A stretch of DNA of 64,000 bases. Source: Eledone cirrhosa (Eukaryota). The position numbers were made by a program, and so were the translations under genes. The stretch spans positions 23,746,001-23,810,000 of the forward strand of contig OZ024760.1 of the NCBI GenBank assembly GCA_964016885.1, given 5' to 3'. The notes under the pieces were generated by a model. That model saw nothing but the letters and a program-made list of their open reading frames with translations. It had not been told where the DNA came from and searched no databases. Below are positions 28,102 through 41,859 of the stretch, piece after piece. Position 1 is the first letter of the stretch. Each line of letters begins with the position of its first letter.

Positions 28102-28601
28102 AGTGATTTTTTATTTTGCATTCGTATTTTTAAATGACTTCGATGTAAGGGAATACACTAGAATATTTGTGATGTCAAAAACCTAGTTGCGAATCAAGCC
28201 GTCGCTTCCAGTAAGTAGAGCAAAACACGAGGGAAAGATAATATAAACGAAAAACGAAAATCGTTGAAGGCAAAAATAATAATAAAAATAATTATAATAA
28301 TAATGATAATAAAGGAAAAGTTATATTCTATCTCAAATACTATATTTCATATATATATATATGTATAGGATTTTTTTTTTGTTGTACTTTTTTCATTATG
28401 TTCTAGAGAAATGTGCCAAACCTATTATGGAAAAAATAGATTAAGGCGAGCACTGATTGGGAAGTGCAGGCGTGTGAAGATATAGTTGTGTGGGTGTATA
28501 TATATGTATGTATATATATATATTTATATTTATATATAGGCATATATATATATATAGGCATATATATATATATATATATATATAGGCATATATATATATA
28601 T

Positions 28602-28672
<71 letters not shown>

Positions 28673-28693
28673 TATAAATATAAATATATATAA

Positions 28694-28744
<51 letters not shown>

Positions 28745-28745
28745 T

Positions 28746-28931
28746 AGTACGTTATTCCGGGTTGAATCGGAGGTAACCACAGTAAGTAAGGTACTCAATA
28801 CATAGCAGAGTATAACAGTTTTAATATAGATGAGATTCTACAGGACTAGAACTGTTTCATTCATTAGAAATCATCAGGATGATGATTTCTAATGAATGAA
28901 ACAGTTCTAGTCCTGTAGAATCTCATCTATA
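28746..28931 (-). mobile_element. Family E fold-back: 52 bp perfect arms centred on a hammerhead-like core, plus tail
   Basis: Arms 28825-28876 and 28880-28931. Minus strand CTGATGA-T-TTC-TAAT-GAA-T-GAAAC-AGTTCT-AGTC. Confidence 0.7.
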
Positions 28932-29102
28932 CACACATATATATATATATTTTTATATATATACATACACACATATTTGAGTGTTTATAAGGAGTACTAC
29001 ATGACAGGCGTCAATATAGAGCCTTAAAATGTTTCCACACACCACGTATTTATATATAGACATCAATATACATACATAAGAACACACATGTTTATATATA
29101 GG

Positions 29103-29135
<33 letters not shown>

Positions 29136-29302
29136 TTGTGTGTGTATATGTGTGTGTGTGTAGATATAAATATATATGTTTATATATATATATATGCATA
29201 TATATATTTATATCTACATATACATATATTTATATATATATATATACATGTAGACATATATACGAATTTATATATATACATGTAGTCATATATATGAATA
29301 TA

Positions 29303-29353
<51 letters not shown>

Positions 29354-29414
29354 TATAAAGTAAATATGTGCATAGAATCATTCGATTTATATATATACGT
29401 AGAGGCATATATAC

Positions 29415-29465
<51 letters not shown>

Positions 29466-29756
29466 TATATATACATACAAGGGTGTATATGTGTGTGAAC
29501 AATCTCGTTTCCCTTCGGCTTTTCCGACTCTCGATCGTTAATAACAAACACCACTAATAGACAACCGCATTAACTCCTCTAATAGTCAGTGAAGGTATAG
29601 TAATGGCGACAGGCCTAGGGAATTTCTGCATCCAATGAAAATATAAGTAACGTAATGGAAAATGGGAATAAGGTGAATAGCGATCACGGCTGCCTTGTTC
29701 TTTTATAATTATATATCATCAGGTGTGTGAGCTCATTCGGTTCTTATATATATATG

Positions 29757-29839
<83 letters not shown>

Positions 29840-30102
29840 TAATAAAAACAATGTATAAAAACAAAGAAACAGTTCCTTATATTAAAAAATTCATCATGTT
29901 ACGATCGTTTCTAGAATATATATGTGTGTGTTGATATATATATCATATAGATCTATGTAAAAAATTCACAAACTATCAGAGGGAATATTCATACCTACAC
30001 ATATATATGCTGTCTTCAGAAATAATGATATTTGTTTATTGAAAAACACCAACAAAGATTTAATATAATATCTATATATATATATATATATATACTTATA
30101 TA

Positions 30103-30291
<189 letters not shown>

Positions 30292-30901
30292 AGAGAGAGA
30301 GAGTGCGTGTATGAAAGAGAGAGAGACCGAGAGAGAGAGAAAGCGAAAGAGAGAAATGACTTCAACAGGGCTTAAAAGGTTTCATTCATACGTAACAAAT
30401 ATTTCTAGCCCTATGGACGCCATTTCTCTATTTATCAAAGATATACACACTTTATCAACTTATTGATTACATATGTTAACACTGGTTACGGACTGTCACA
30501 ATTGGGGAGACTAGTCTACATATTATATATAGGTGCAGAAACAATAATGTTATTACAAACAAGGTTTTTTAAGTGAAAAGAAAAAAGAAAACGGATAAAA
30601 AACTTACATAGTGTAGAGCATAAAAAGTCAATGTCGAAGGAAAAATAATGTTATTTACAAGCATAATTATTGAAGTTAAGCAGATTAAAATGTGTTAATA
30701 TAGCAAGAGTTCTTAGTTGATCCATGATTCCATGATGAAGACAAATGGTCGACTGAGGTTTGATATGATTTCCCTTTTTAGAGAGTTAATATGCAGGGGG
30801 AAGCATTTCTTGCTGGATGATATTTAATTTATTTAAGAAAAATGATTAGATAGGGTGTGAGGGAAGTAACTCTTGTAAATGTTTGATTGTTTGTTGCAGT
30901 T

Positions 30902-31330
30902 TTAGATTGGTCCGAATTTTAGAGCATTATGTAGAGGTTTGAATTTGTTAATGAAATATGTTTCCTTATTAGTACGTTGGATGAAAGTAGCGTTGTCTAT
31001 GAATTTGTAAATGGGGAAAAATTTAAAGTTTGGATGTTGGTTGTGAACACAATTGGCGATATGTTCACTAAATGCAATCTTTCTGTATTCCTGTATTTTA
31101 ATTTGTGATTTATGGACGGTCATAGGTTGACGGAGGCTGTTTTTTCTCTGTCCTGTGTAGTGCTCTTGACAACCTGAGCAGGTCAAAATATAGATTAGGT
31201 TTTAAGATGCACATGTAAAGTTGTGTTTAACTGTGAAACGCTGTCCTTGTTTAAAATAGAATGTTGAACCTTCTATTAGAGTTATGCATATCCCACTGTT
31301 GGGCCTTCCGCATTTTGTTACTGTAGGGTT
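30902..31330 (-). pseudogene. PLE C-terminal GIY-YIG endonuclease with Cys-rich linker (disrupted)
   Basis: TKCGRPNSGICITLIEGSTFYFKQGQRFTVKHNFTCAS*NLIYILTCSGCQEHYTGQ..LRQPMTVHKSQI..SEHIANC..KETYFINKFKP; contains an in-frame TAA. Confidence 0.85.
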
Positions 31331-31929
31331 CATTGTGAGGGTTTGTTGGAATTTGGCTTGTGTGAGGATGTTTTTTTATGGATTTAGGTTGTCTTTTGTT
31401 CTTTATGATGTGTGTTTGGAGGATTTTGTTCATTCTTGGGTCTCTTTTTAGTAAAGGAATGTTCTGGAGGATGGTGTCGAATGCCAGGGAAATCATATCA
31501 AACATCAGTCCACCATTTGCCTCCATCATGGAATCATGGATCAACTAAGCACTCTTGCTATATTAACACATTTTGATCTGCTTAACTTCAATAACCACGC
31601 CTGTAAATAACATTATTTTTTCTTCCACATTGACATTTCATGCTCTACATTATGCACGTTTTTTTCTTTTTTCTTTTTTCTTTTTTCTTTTTTCTTTTTT
31701 CTTTTTTCTTTTAGCTTTTTTCTTTTTTCTTTTTTCTTTTTTCTTTTTTCTTTTTTCTTTTTTCTTTTTTCTTTTTTCTTTTTTCTTTTTTCTTTTTTCT
31801 TTTTTCTTTTTTCTTTTTTCTTTGTTCTTTTTACTTTTTTCTTTTCACTTCATAAACCTTGTTTGTAAATAACATTATTGTTTCTTCACCTTCTGTTTAA
31901 CATGTGCGACACCACACTGATACATTTTA

Positions 31930-31971
31930 CTATCATTTGATAATGCATAAAAATGCTGAAACCGGTAATAG
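31930..31971 (+). ncRNA. Minimal hammerhead-like motif with U3-A8 core
   Basis: CTATCAT-TTGATAA-T-GCAT-AAAA-ATGC-T-GAAA-CCGG-TA^ATAG. Stem III is the palindrome ACCGGT; stem I is weak. Confidence 0.6.
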
Positions 31972-32161
31972 ACAATTATTAAATATATAAATAGATAAAT
32001 AAATGCTTGTTAAATAATAAATAAATCAACTAATACCCTAACACTTCACACAAAGTAAAGCATTTCGTTTTAATCATTTTCTAATCCAGAAAAAAGAGAG
32101 AGAGAAACAAAAAAGGAAAACAAAATATTTTTCTTCCTAATAATCGTCTCTTTCTCCCTGT

Positions 32162-32226
<65 letters not shown>

Positions 32227-32232
<6 letters not shown>

Positions 32233-32384
32233 TAACAGATTACAGTTTAAGCAAAGAATCGCTGCTTTCACCATTAACAGGATCTTCTGAAATATTTGCT
32301 CTACTGTTCTTATATATTTGATACATATTTATCCTTATCGAGCCCTCTTTGGATTTTAGTCTTCAAATTTATTATTATTACTAC

Positions 32385-32483
<99 letters not shown>

Positions 32484-32580
32484 GTAATAATAATAAATTT
32501 GAAGACTAAATCCAAAGAGGGCTCGATAAAGATAAATATATATCAATTATATATAAGAACCGTAAAATATTATATTATAA
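32227..32580. mobile_element. Family F: two copies tail-to-tail across one (TA)n tract, with a partial hammerhead-like arm at 32252-32289 (minus)
   Basis: 32290-32383 and 32482-32572 are inverted; homologous to 54070-54228. Confidence 0.7.
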
Positions 32581-32596
32581 AATTAAATCAAATTCT

Positions 32597-32697
<101 letters not shown>

Positions 32698-32922
32698 AAT
32701 ATAAATTAGCGAAAATCGTATTTCAGCTTTGGAGTTAGCGAAAAACAACTTCCGAAAAGAATTTGATTTAATTATATAATATAATATTATATCAACTCAT
32801 AACATTATAATATTATAAAATTAAATTAAATAATGTAACACTACAAGGGAAGTTATTATTTCCCCTTTTTCAAATATACCTAACTGTACAACGGATCTCA
32901 CATGTTTTCCAATATGTATATA

Positions 32923-33056
<134 letters not shown>

Positions 33057-33271
33057 TATAGTGTTGTGTATATCTGTGAATATAATAAATATTGATCAAA
33101 TTAAAATTATGTTAAGCATATTATATATATATATAACTTAATATGATATCGTCAAAGGGAATCGACTGCAATTGAAATCGAGTGATGTAGCTTCTAACGA
33201 TCAACGATATTTAGACATACCTGACTAATGAAACGATTGTTAAAATTTTAAATAAACCCTATTCACCCTTT

Positions 33272-33348
<77 letters not shown>

Positions 33349-33705
33349 GAGAGAGAGATAGAGAGGGGGAGAGTGAGAGAGACAGAGAGAGAGAATGTGT
33401 GTGTGTGATTGAGTGGGAAGGAGACCGAAAAGAACACTTTGAGAGAGAACAAACAATTGAGGCCTACATGTTTATCTATATTCACAAGCATATCCAGAAT
33501 TCAAGTTGTCCTTCGATTATAATATTTTGACAGAATCAATTAACTAACTATTGAATGTATATCGAAAATTTTGCTGCGATTAACATGCTTCCTCAATAAT
33601 ATTATCATTTATCCTATATGTTAATATACATATAAATAGAGGAATGTGGGAAGTATAACAATCAAAGAGGCTAATATCACCAAGAAGAAGAAACCACAAA
33701 TAAAT

Positions 33706-33885
33706 AATTGTTTCTACTTTTGGCACAAGGCCAGCAATTACCCAGTGTATTACTGGTACTTTATTTTATCGACCCCATAAGGATGAAAGGCAAAGTTAAC
33801 CTCGGCGGGATTTGAACTCAGAATGGCAAGGGCCGTAACTCTATGCGTCAAAGCATGGCGTCCGACCCTCTACCGATACTGCCAA
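33706..33885 (-). mobile_element. tRNA-derived SINE
   Basis: Full copy with A/B boxes on the minus strand. Confidence 0.85.
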
Positions 33886-34369
33886 TACCACGAAGCAGTG
33901 TGACAACTATAACGGCTCTATTCACGCGTATGTTAAGCACTTAGACCAGATAAGGAAGAACGCACGGTGCGTTCGTATTGTTTAAAACAGTTTTCGCTTT
34001 ACCGTTTGAAAAGGGGCTTTAACCCTGAAATATCATGTCGAAATATACTGAATAAAAAACATTTCTTCGTTTTGTATCATTTGTCATAGATTGTTCTGTG
34101 TATTCTTGTAACAAATTGTACCGGCTTTCTGAAAATTATCAGTTATCTATTATAGATATAATTCGTTTATTTCTTTTATCGTATCAAACATTGCTAACAC
34201 ATGAAATTATTTGTCACGATATATGTAATTTCAGCTGGGATAAAAGTCACTAAATTTGCATTCAACTCTTCAGGTCTAAAATATGTTTACACCAATCTGT
34301 ATCGTGTTTCTATATAGTGACACAAAACATCATCCGCTCACACATGCAAGCTTATATATATATATATAT

Positions 34370-34452
<83 letters not shown>

Positions 34453-34577
34453 CATACATGCATACATACATACATTCATATATACAAATATACATATATA
34501 CATACATGTATATACACACATACATACACAGATACATACGTACATATATATACATAAGTATTTACATACATATATGT

Positions 34578-34623
<46 letters not shown>

Positions 34624-34799
34624 CATATATATATACATACATACAAACATACATACATAAATACATAATACATAAATTCATACATACACGCATAAATAGT
34701 TACATACACGCACGCATACATTGATCCATGCACAATACATACATACACACACGTACATATATACACTCCTAGATACATACATACCTACATACATACATT

Positions 34800-36340
34800 C
34801 AGACATACACACACATACATACCGACATACATACATATATACATAGATTCATATATACATACATACATACATACATAGCTACATACGTACATATATAGAT
34901 ACATACATGCACACATACATACACTCCGACATACATACATACATGCTCAATACATACACAAACAGATACACTCCAACATACATACATACATAGATACACA
35001 CACGTATACACTCCGACATACATGTAAAGATACATACATACACACATACGTATATACATACATACACACATATACTCCGACATACATACATACATACACA
35101 CACATACACTCCGACATACATACATACGCACATACACTTACATACATACATACACATACACTCCGACATACATACATACACACACATACACTCCGACATA
35201 CATACATACGTACATACACATACATGCATACATACACATACACTCCGACATACATACATACACACACATACACTCCGACATACATACATACACACACACA
35301 CACTCCGACATACATACATACGTACATACACTTACATACATACATACACACACATACACTCCGACATACATACATAAATACGCACACATACACTCCGACA
35401 TACATACATACATACACACACATACACTCCGACATACATACATACACACACATACACTCCGACATACATACTTACGTACATACACTTACATACATACACA
35501 CACATACACTCCGACATACATACATACATACATACATACATACACACACATACACTCCGACATACATACATACACACATACACTCCGACATACATACACA
35601 CATACACTCCGACATACATACATACATACATACGCACACATACACTCCGACATACATACATACGCACATATACACTCCGACATACATACATACGTACATA
35701 CACACACATACATACATACACACACATACACTCCGACATACATAGATACATTCATACATACACACACATATACTCCGACATACATATGTACATACACATA
35801 CCTACATACATACACATACACTCCGACATACATACATACATACACACACATACACTCCGACATACATACATACACACACATACACTCCGACATACATACG
35901 TACATACATACACACACATACACTCCGACATACATACTTACGTACATACACTTACATACATACATACACACATATACACTCCGACATACATACATACATA
36001 CATACATACATACATACATACATACGTACATACATACATACACTCCGACATACACACATACATACACACATATACACTCCGACATACATACATACGTACA
36101 TACACACACACATACATACACACATATACACTCCGACATACATACATACATACATACATACATACACTCCGACATACATACATACATACACACATATACA
36201 CTCCAACATACATACATACGTACATACACACACACATACATACACACATATACACTCCGACATACATACATACATACATACATACATACATACATACATA
36301 CATACATACACACATATACACTCCGACATACATACATACA
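34800..36340. repeat. Minisatellite: TACACTCCGACA separated by variable (CATA)n/(CA)n
   Basis: Dozens of CACTCCGACATAC units. Confidence 0.9.
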
Positions 36341-36574
36341 ACTGTCATATCAGATATCTAAACCAATCTGTCCGTGGAAGTAAAATAAATTTGCACAAGA
36401 AGTCTTGATTAAATTACGTATATACATCCCTCCAGATGTTTATACTAGGAGTTGTCTTCATTTACAAAGCAGACATATACAAAGTTCAATGACTCTTTTG
36501 TCTATACCTGGTGAAATTCAACTGACAAATATCTATAAAACATTTGGCAGCCATTTTCTTATTTTATTATTATT

Positions 36575-38145
36575 ATCGGTAGAGGGTCGGACGCCATGCT
36601 TTCCAGCATAGTTACGTCCCTTTACGATCTGAGTTCAAATCTCGCCGTGGTTAACGTTGCCTTTCAGCCTTACGGGGTCGATAAAATAAAGTACCAGTAA
36701 TGCACTGGTTATTTGCTGGCCTTGTGCCTAAAGTAGAAACAATTATTATTATCGGTAGAGGGTCGGACGCCATGCTTTCCAGCATAGTTACGTCCCTTTA
36801 CGGTCTGAGTTCAAATCTCGCCGTGGTTAACGTTGCCTTTCAGCCTTACGGGTCGATAAAATAAAGTACCAGTAATGCACTGGTTATTTGCTGGCCTTGT
36901 GCCTAAAGTAGAAACAATTATTATTATCGGTAGAGGGTCGGACGCCATGCTTTCCAGCATAGTTACGTCCCTTTACGGTCTGAGTTCAAATCTCGCCGTA
37001 GTTAACTTTGCCTTTCAGCCTTACGGGCCGATAAAATAAAGTACCAGTAATGCACTGGGTATTTGCTGGCCTTGTGCCTAAAGTAGAAACAATTATTATT
37101 ATTATATTACGATTGGGCAGTATCGGTAGAGCGTCAGACACCATGTTTTGCAGCATAGTTATGGCCCTTTGCGTTCTGGGTTCAAATCCGCCGAGGTTAA
37201 CTTTGTCTTTCATCCTTACGAGGTCGATAAAATAAAGTACCAGTAATGCACTGGAGTAATCGCTTGCCTTGTGCCAAAAGTAGAAACTCTATAAGGCCTG
37301 TGGATTGGCACTATCGGTAGAGGGTCGGACGCCATGCTTTGACGCAAAGAGTTACGTCCCTTTACAATCTGAGTTCAAATCCCGCCGAGGTTAACTTTGC
37401 TTTTCATCCTTACGGGGGTCAATAAAATAAAGTACCAGTAATGTACTGGGTATTTGCTGGCCTTGTGCCAAAAGTAGAAACAATTATTATTATTATTATA
37501 TTACTATATTTCTTTGTATTAAATTCTTTATTTAGTTTCCTATTTACTAACTTTCTCATCAAAAGTAGTATTATTGTGATTGGCCATAATCAGTAGACCG
37601 TCGGACAACGTGCTTCACAGCATAGAGTTACGTACCTTTACGTTCTGAGTTCAAATCCCTCTGAGGTTATTTTTGCCTGATCTGAGTTCAAATCACTTCG
37701 AGGTTATTTTTGCCTGATCTGAGTTCGAATCCCTCCGAGGTTAAATTTGTCTTTCATCCTTACGTGATCGATAAATAAAGTACCAGTCACGCACTGGGCT
37801 CAATTTTAATCGACTATACCCTCTCCTTAAATTGCTGGCCTTGTTCCTATATAAGAAATCATTATTATATTATTATATATTTTTGTATTATTTTATTTAT
37901 TTAGTTTTCTATTTACTAACATTCTCAGCAGTAGTATTATTATGATTGGCAGAAATAGGTAGAGCATCGGACAACATGCTTTGCAGCATAGAGTTACGTA
38001 CCTTTACTTTGTGTATTCAAATGCCTCCGAGATTATTTTTGCCTGATCTGAATTTAAATTCCTCCGCTGTTATTTTTGCCTTTTATCGTTATGTGATCGA
38101 TAAATAAAACACCAGTCACGCACTGGGGTCGTATTAATCGACTTT
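36575..38145 (+). mobile_element. Head-to-tail SINE array (about 7 copies; the first three are near-identical ~176 bp units)
   Basis: ATCGGTAGAGGGTCGGACGCCATGC at ~36575, 36751, 36926 and 37313; related heads at ~37122, 37590 and 37957. Confidence 0.85.
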
Positions 38146-38194
38146 AAGCCCCCCCCCCCCCGGAAGAGAGGAAGAGGAAGAGAGAGAGAGACGT

Positions 38195-38387
38195 ATTTCC
38201 ATAACAGTTAATTCACCATTTCCGAGAACAATTGTTTCACCCTAGTCGCCACATCAGCTCATGATCCGACTAGGGTAAAACAATTGTTCTCACAAATGGT
38301 GAGCTAACTGTTGTGGAACTTCTTCTCCCAAACTCGTCCCATGGACTGAGTGCTCTACTACTATGAATATAGGCCACCAGTGTTCTA

Positions 38388-38390
<3 letters not shown>
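38195..38390 (+). mobile_element. Family D fold-back with degenerate hammerhead and tail
   Basis: Arms ~38197-38248 and ~38268-38318. Plus strand CTCATGA-TCC-GACTAG-GGT-AAAA-CAATTG-TT-CTC; the opposite arm retains GAAA. Confidence 0.7.
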
Positions 38391-38420
<30 letters not shown>

Positions 38421-38423
<3 letters not shown>

Positions 38424-38654
38424 AATTAAAATACTAGAGTGTGTTGGAGTAAAACACCCTCTTCATATTATAGAAATGACAGTATAAGATATAGCTCAAT
38501 GTAATTAAACAGAGCCGAAGAATTATAAAAAATAAACCAAAGAAGCCTTCAATACATCAAAAGTCTTTTGATGATGAGTCCTTAATAGGACGAAACATTG
38601 TTGGCTAATAAAGACTTTTGATGTATTGAAGGCTTCTTTGGTTTATTTTTTATA

Positions 38655-38657
<3 letters not shown>
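38421..38657. mobile_element. Fold-back element with a hammerhead core (38571-38606, +) in the loop
   Basis: Arms ~38522-38568 and ~38609-38656. Loop ATGATGA-GTCC-TTAATA-GGAC-GAAAC-ATT-GTT-GGCT followed by AATAAA. Confidence 0.75.
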
Positions 38658-38689
<32 letters not shown>

Positions 38690-39060
38690 AATCATTAAAA
38701 GGTATATATTTTTGAAGTTCTAGTTAACTTTATTTATTTGTTACCTACTAGCCATGCGTGGTTACACGCTTGTAAAAATGATCTCCTGTGATTTTTCATG
38801 TTTATATTTATTTATATATATGTTGATCAATTCCTAGTTATATATATATATGTGTGTGTGTGTGTATGTATGTGTGTGTGTATATATGTATGTCCTTCTG
38901 GGTTTATAATTTCACTATTTTTTTTTCAATAGAGAGAGAGTCGGTTTCTATCATAGACACAAGACTCTCTCATTGGAATGTACACAACATCAACTAGGTA
39001 GATATGTATGCATGTATGCATGTGTATATGCTTAGTATCTGTACATGTGTATATGCAGTA

Positions 39061-40260
39061 TTAGATGCAACATTTTTGGAATGGTTTACATATTTTTACT
39101 GTTCCATTAATGGATTGTACTTGTAATTTCCTAACTAGTTGTGTTCTTTCTGTTCCTGTGAAGCCTAGCTTCTCAAGATTTGTATTGAGGCAGTTACTAA
39201 CATACCCCAGTACCCCAATAATCACAGGCATAAATCTGAAGGTGTAATCAGGGTGGAGTATCTGCAGATTTCTCAGCAGTTCTGCATAAATATTCTCCTT
39301 TTCACTAATCTTTGATATTATATTGACATCTGCTGGGCAGCTAACTTCCACTACTGTGCATGCCTTCTTTTCCCTGTCCCATATCATAATATCTGATCTG
39401 TTATGCCTGCATTTTATGGGGGGTTTTACTGGAACATTCCACCAGTACCCTTTCATATTATGTATATGTATGTCTCCTGCATTGCTGTAGCTTTTAGTGT
39501 GTTTATTATCGGAGCTATCTTTTCTACTCATTGCATTGTACAGTGTTTTGGCCACTACATCATGCCTCATAGGTAGATAGTACCGCGATGACATCTTTGG
39601 GCAGCTGCTGATGACATGGGTGATATCCTCGATGTTAGTTCTGCAGAGTCTGCACTTGTTATCACATCTAGGTGTTTTGCCTGCATCCCTATCTCTTTTG
39701 TGAATCAGGTATTTCGTGTTGATTTCCTGTTCTTGGATTGCAAAAGCGTATCCTTCAAAGTGGGAGCCAATATAGCGGTTTTTGGTCCAAGATAGACTAC
39801 TTTCTTTATCTATATTACTATTTTTGCTATATTGCTATTTTGCTATATTACTATTTTTGATGATAAGCATGCAATTTTTCATCCATGGATTCACTGCGAT
39901 ACTGCTGAGCGACTTCCATGGGTGTGAGTTTTTGATTATCACATAGAGAATACCTCTCGAGGAGTTCCTTCCCAACTCTCATGATATTATCTGTTCCATG
40001 GAGATAGACTTGTTCAGGAGACGGGCTCCTACGCTTTGAAAGTTCGTAGATGTTGTCGGATGGATATGATGCGACATTCAAATGTCTGGACTGTTGTTAG
40101 GTCTCTGCCTCCCTGCTTACGTTTCAAGTAAAGGCAGTCTATGTCTCTGTTGATGTGGAAGTTTCCGGTGTTGTTTATGGTTTTTCAAGTTCTAACATCA
40201 ATTTCTCGGATTTCGTCTATCATCCAATTGAGTATTCCAAAGTTGGTGTTAGGAGAGGCA
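39061..40260 (-). mobile_element. R4-clade LINE 3' part (thumb, CCHC zinc knuckle, restriction-like endonuclease), decayed
   Basis: FEGYAFAIQEQEI..CRLCRTNIEDITHVISSC..RHDVVA..WWNVPV..NRSDIMIWD..VVEVSCP..EKENIYAEL..PVIIGVLG. Confidence 0.9.
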
Positions 40261-40319
40261 CAGTAAACACATTGTGAGCCACTTATTTCTTAATCGGGTG
40301 TAGTATTCCTTGGTTACGC

Positions 40320-40770
40320 GTTACGTATGTATGTAAGCACGTATGTATGTAAGCACGTATGTATGTGTGTAAGCACGTATGTATGTGTGTAAGCCCGTAT
40401 GTATGTATGGATGTATGTATGTAAGCACGTATGTATGTATGTAAGCACGTATGTATGTATTTAAGCACGTATGTATGTGTGTAAGCCCGTATATATGTAT
40501 GTATGGATGTATGTATGTATGTAAGCACGTATATATGTATGTAAGCACGTATATATGTATGTAAGCCCGTATGTATGTATGTATGTAAGCCCGTATGTAT
40601 GTATCTAAGCACGTATGTATGTATGTAAGCCCATATATATGTATGTAAGCACGTATATATGTATGTAAGCACGTGTGTATGTATGTAAGCACGTATATAT
40701 GTATGTAAGCACGTATGTATGTATGTAAGCACGTATATATGTATGTAAACACGTATGTATGTATGTATGG
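40320..40770. repeat. Minisatellite GTAAGCACGTAT(GTAT)n
   Basis: Roughly 20 units. Confidence 0.9.
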
Positions 40771-41113
40771 ATGTATATACATGTCAGTTCAAGAGGTTGT
40801 AGGTGTCAGTATGCACGTGTATGTTTCCAAAAGAACAAAGAATACAATGAGATAGTGATGGTGATTATATAGGAGTACACAATCACTTGATATGTATGGA
40901 AGAATGAAAACGTATATGGAAACATATTTATGTAACTAAGAAACACTAGTTAGGAGTAAAAAAACCTGGTGTTTTATCAAAAGATTGCTGTGAAGAAGAA
41001 ACATATTTGAATGCACTCACATGGATGCACAAATACACACACGCGCACCCCTCCCAACTCAGGCTCACAGACACCACTGCAATTATATGTATATATATGT
41101 ATATATATGTATA

Positions 41114-41157
<44 letters not shown>

Positions 41158-41253
41158 TATATACATATATATATGCACGTGTTACATCAAATTTTCTTTA
41201 TCTCCTTAGCGTATATTCTTTTCGTTGTGTGTATTCCAAATTATATTATGTTT

Positions 41254-41344
<91 letters not shown>

Positions 41345-41859
41345 CATATATATGCATATATATATATATATATGCGTGAATACATGTCACTCACGCGAAG
41401 TGATTTTTTTCGCAATATATATCGCTTGATATACATATAATCGCCACCCATCACCACACACCACACATCACACATACATATACACAGATACACACATATA
41501 TACACACACACATATATATACACATATATACACATAAACCTCATCCTTCCAACCACCACCACCACCACCACCACCACTGCCATCAACGCCGCTGCCTTTA
41601 CACATCTTCTAGATCAATGGGTAAAACAAATGAGAATGATGGCGGTGTTCTCTGATACTGAGAAATACCAAGAAACTGATGATATATGGCAGATTCATCT
41701 AAGTACAAGTCTTATCTCCAAGATCCATTGCTTATCAAAGAATATGGCTTTGGAATAACAACTGGTTACAACCTGCCAATATTATATATATTAGAGAAGA
41801 AAGAAAATAAAAGAAAATGGATGCCGATAAAAATATAAAGAAGACGTCTTCTTCCGTAT

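Larger units (their letters stand above)
30466..32050 (-). mobile_element. 5'-truncated Neptune-type Penelope-like element with inverted pseudo-LTR
   Basis: GIY-YIG remnant on the minus strand. 31487-31905 is a diverged inverted copy of the 3' UTR at 30466-30778. An HHR and AATAAA lie in the inverted arm. Confidence 0.8.

Noticed and set aside
34800-36340. Constant motif with variable spacers (CRISPR- or telomere-like)
   Set aside because: The spacers are only (CATA)n/(CA)n slippage variants; ordinary minisatellite.
36430-36515. Possible host exon (CAG..GT) in unique sequence
   Set aside because: Weak donor, no recognisable peptide, no neighbouring exons.
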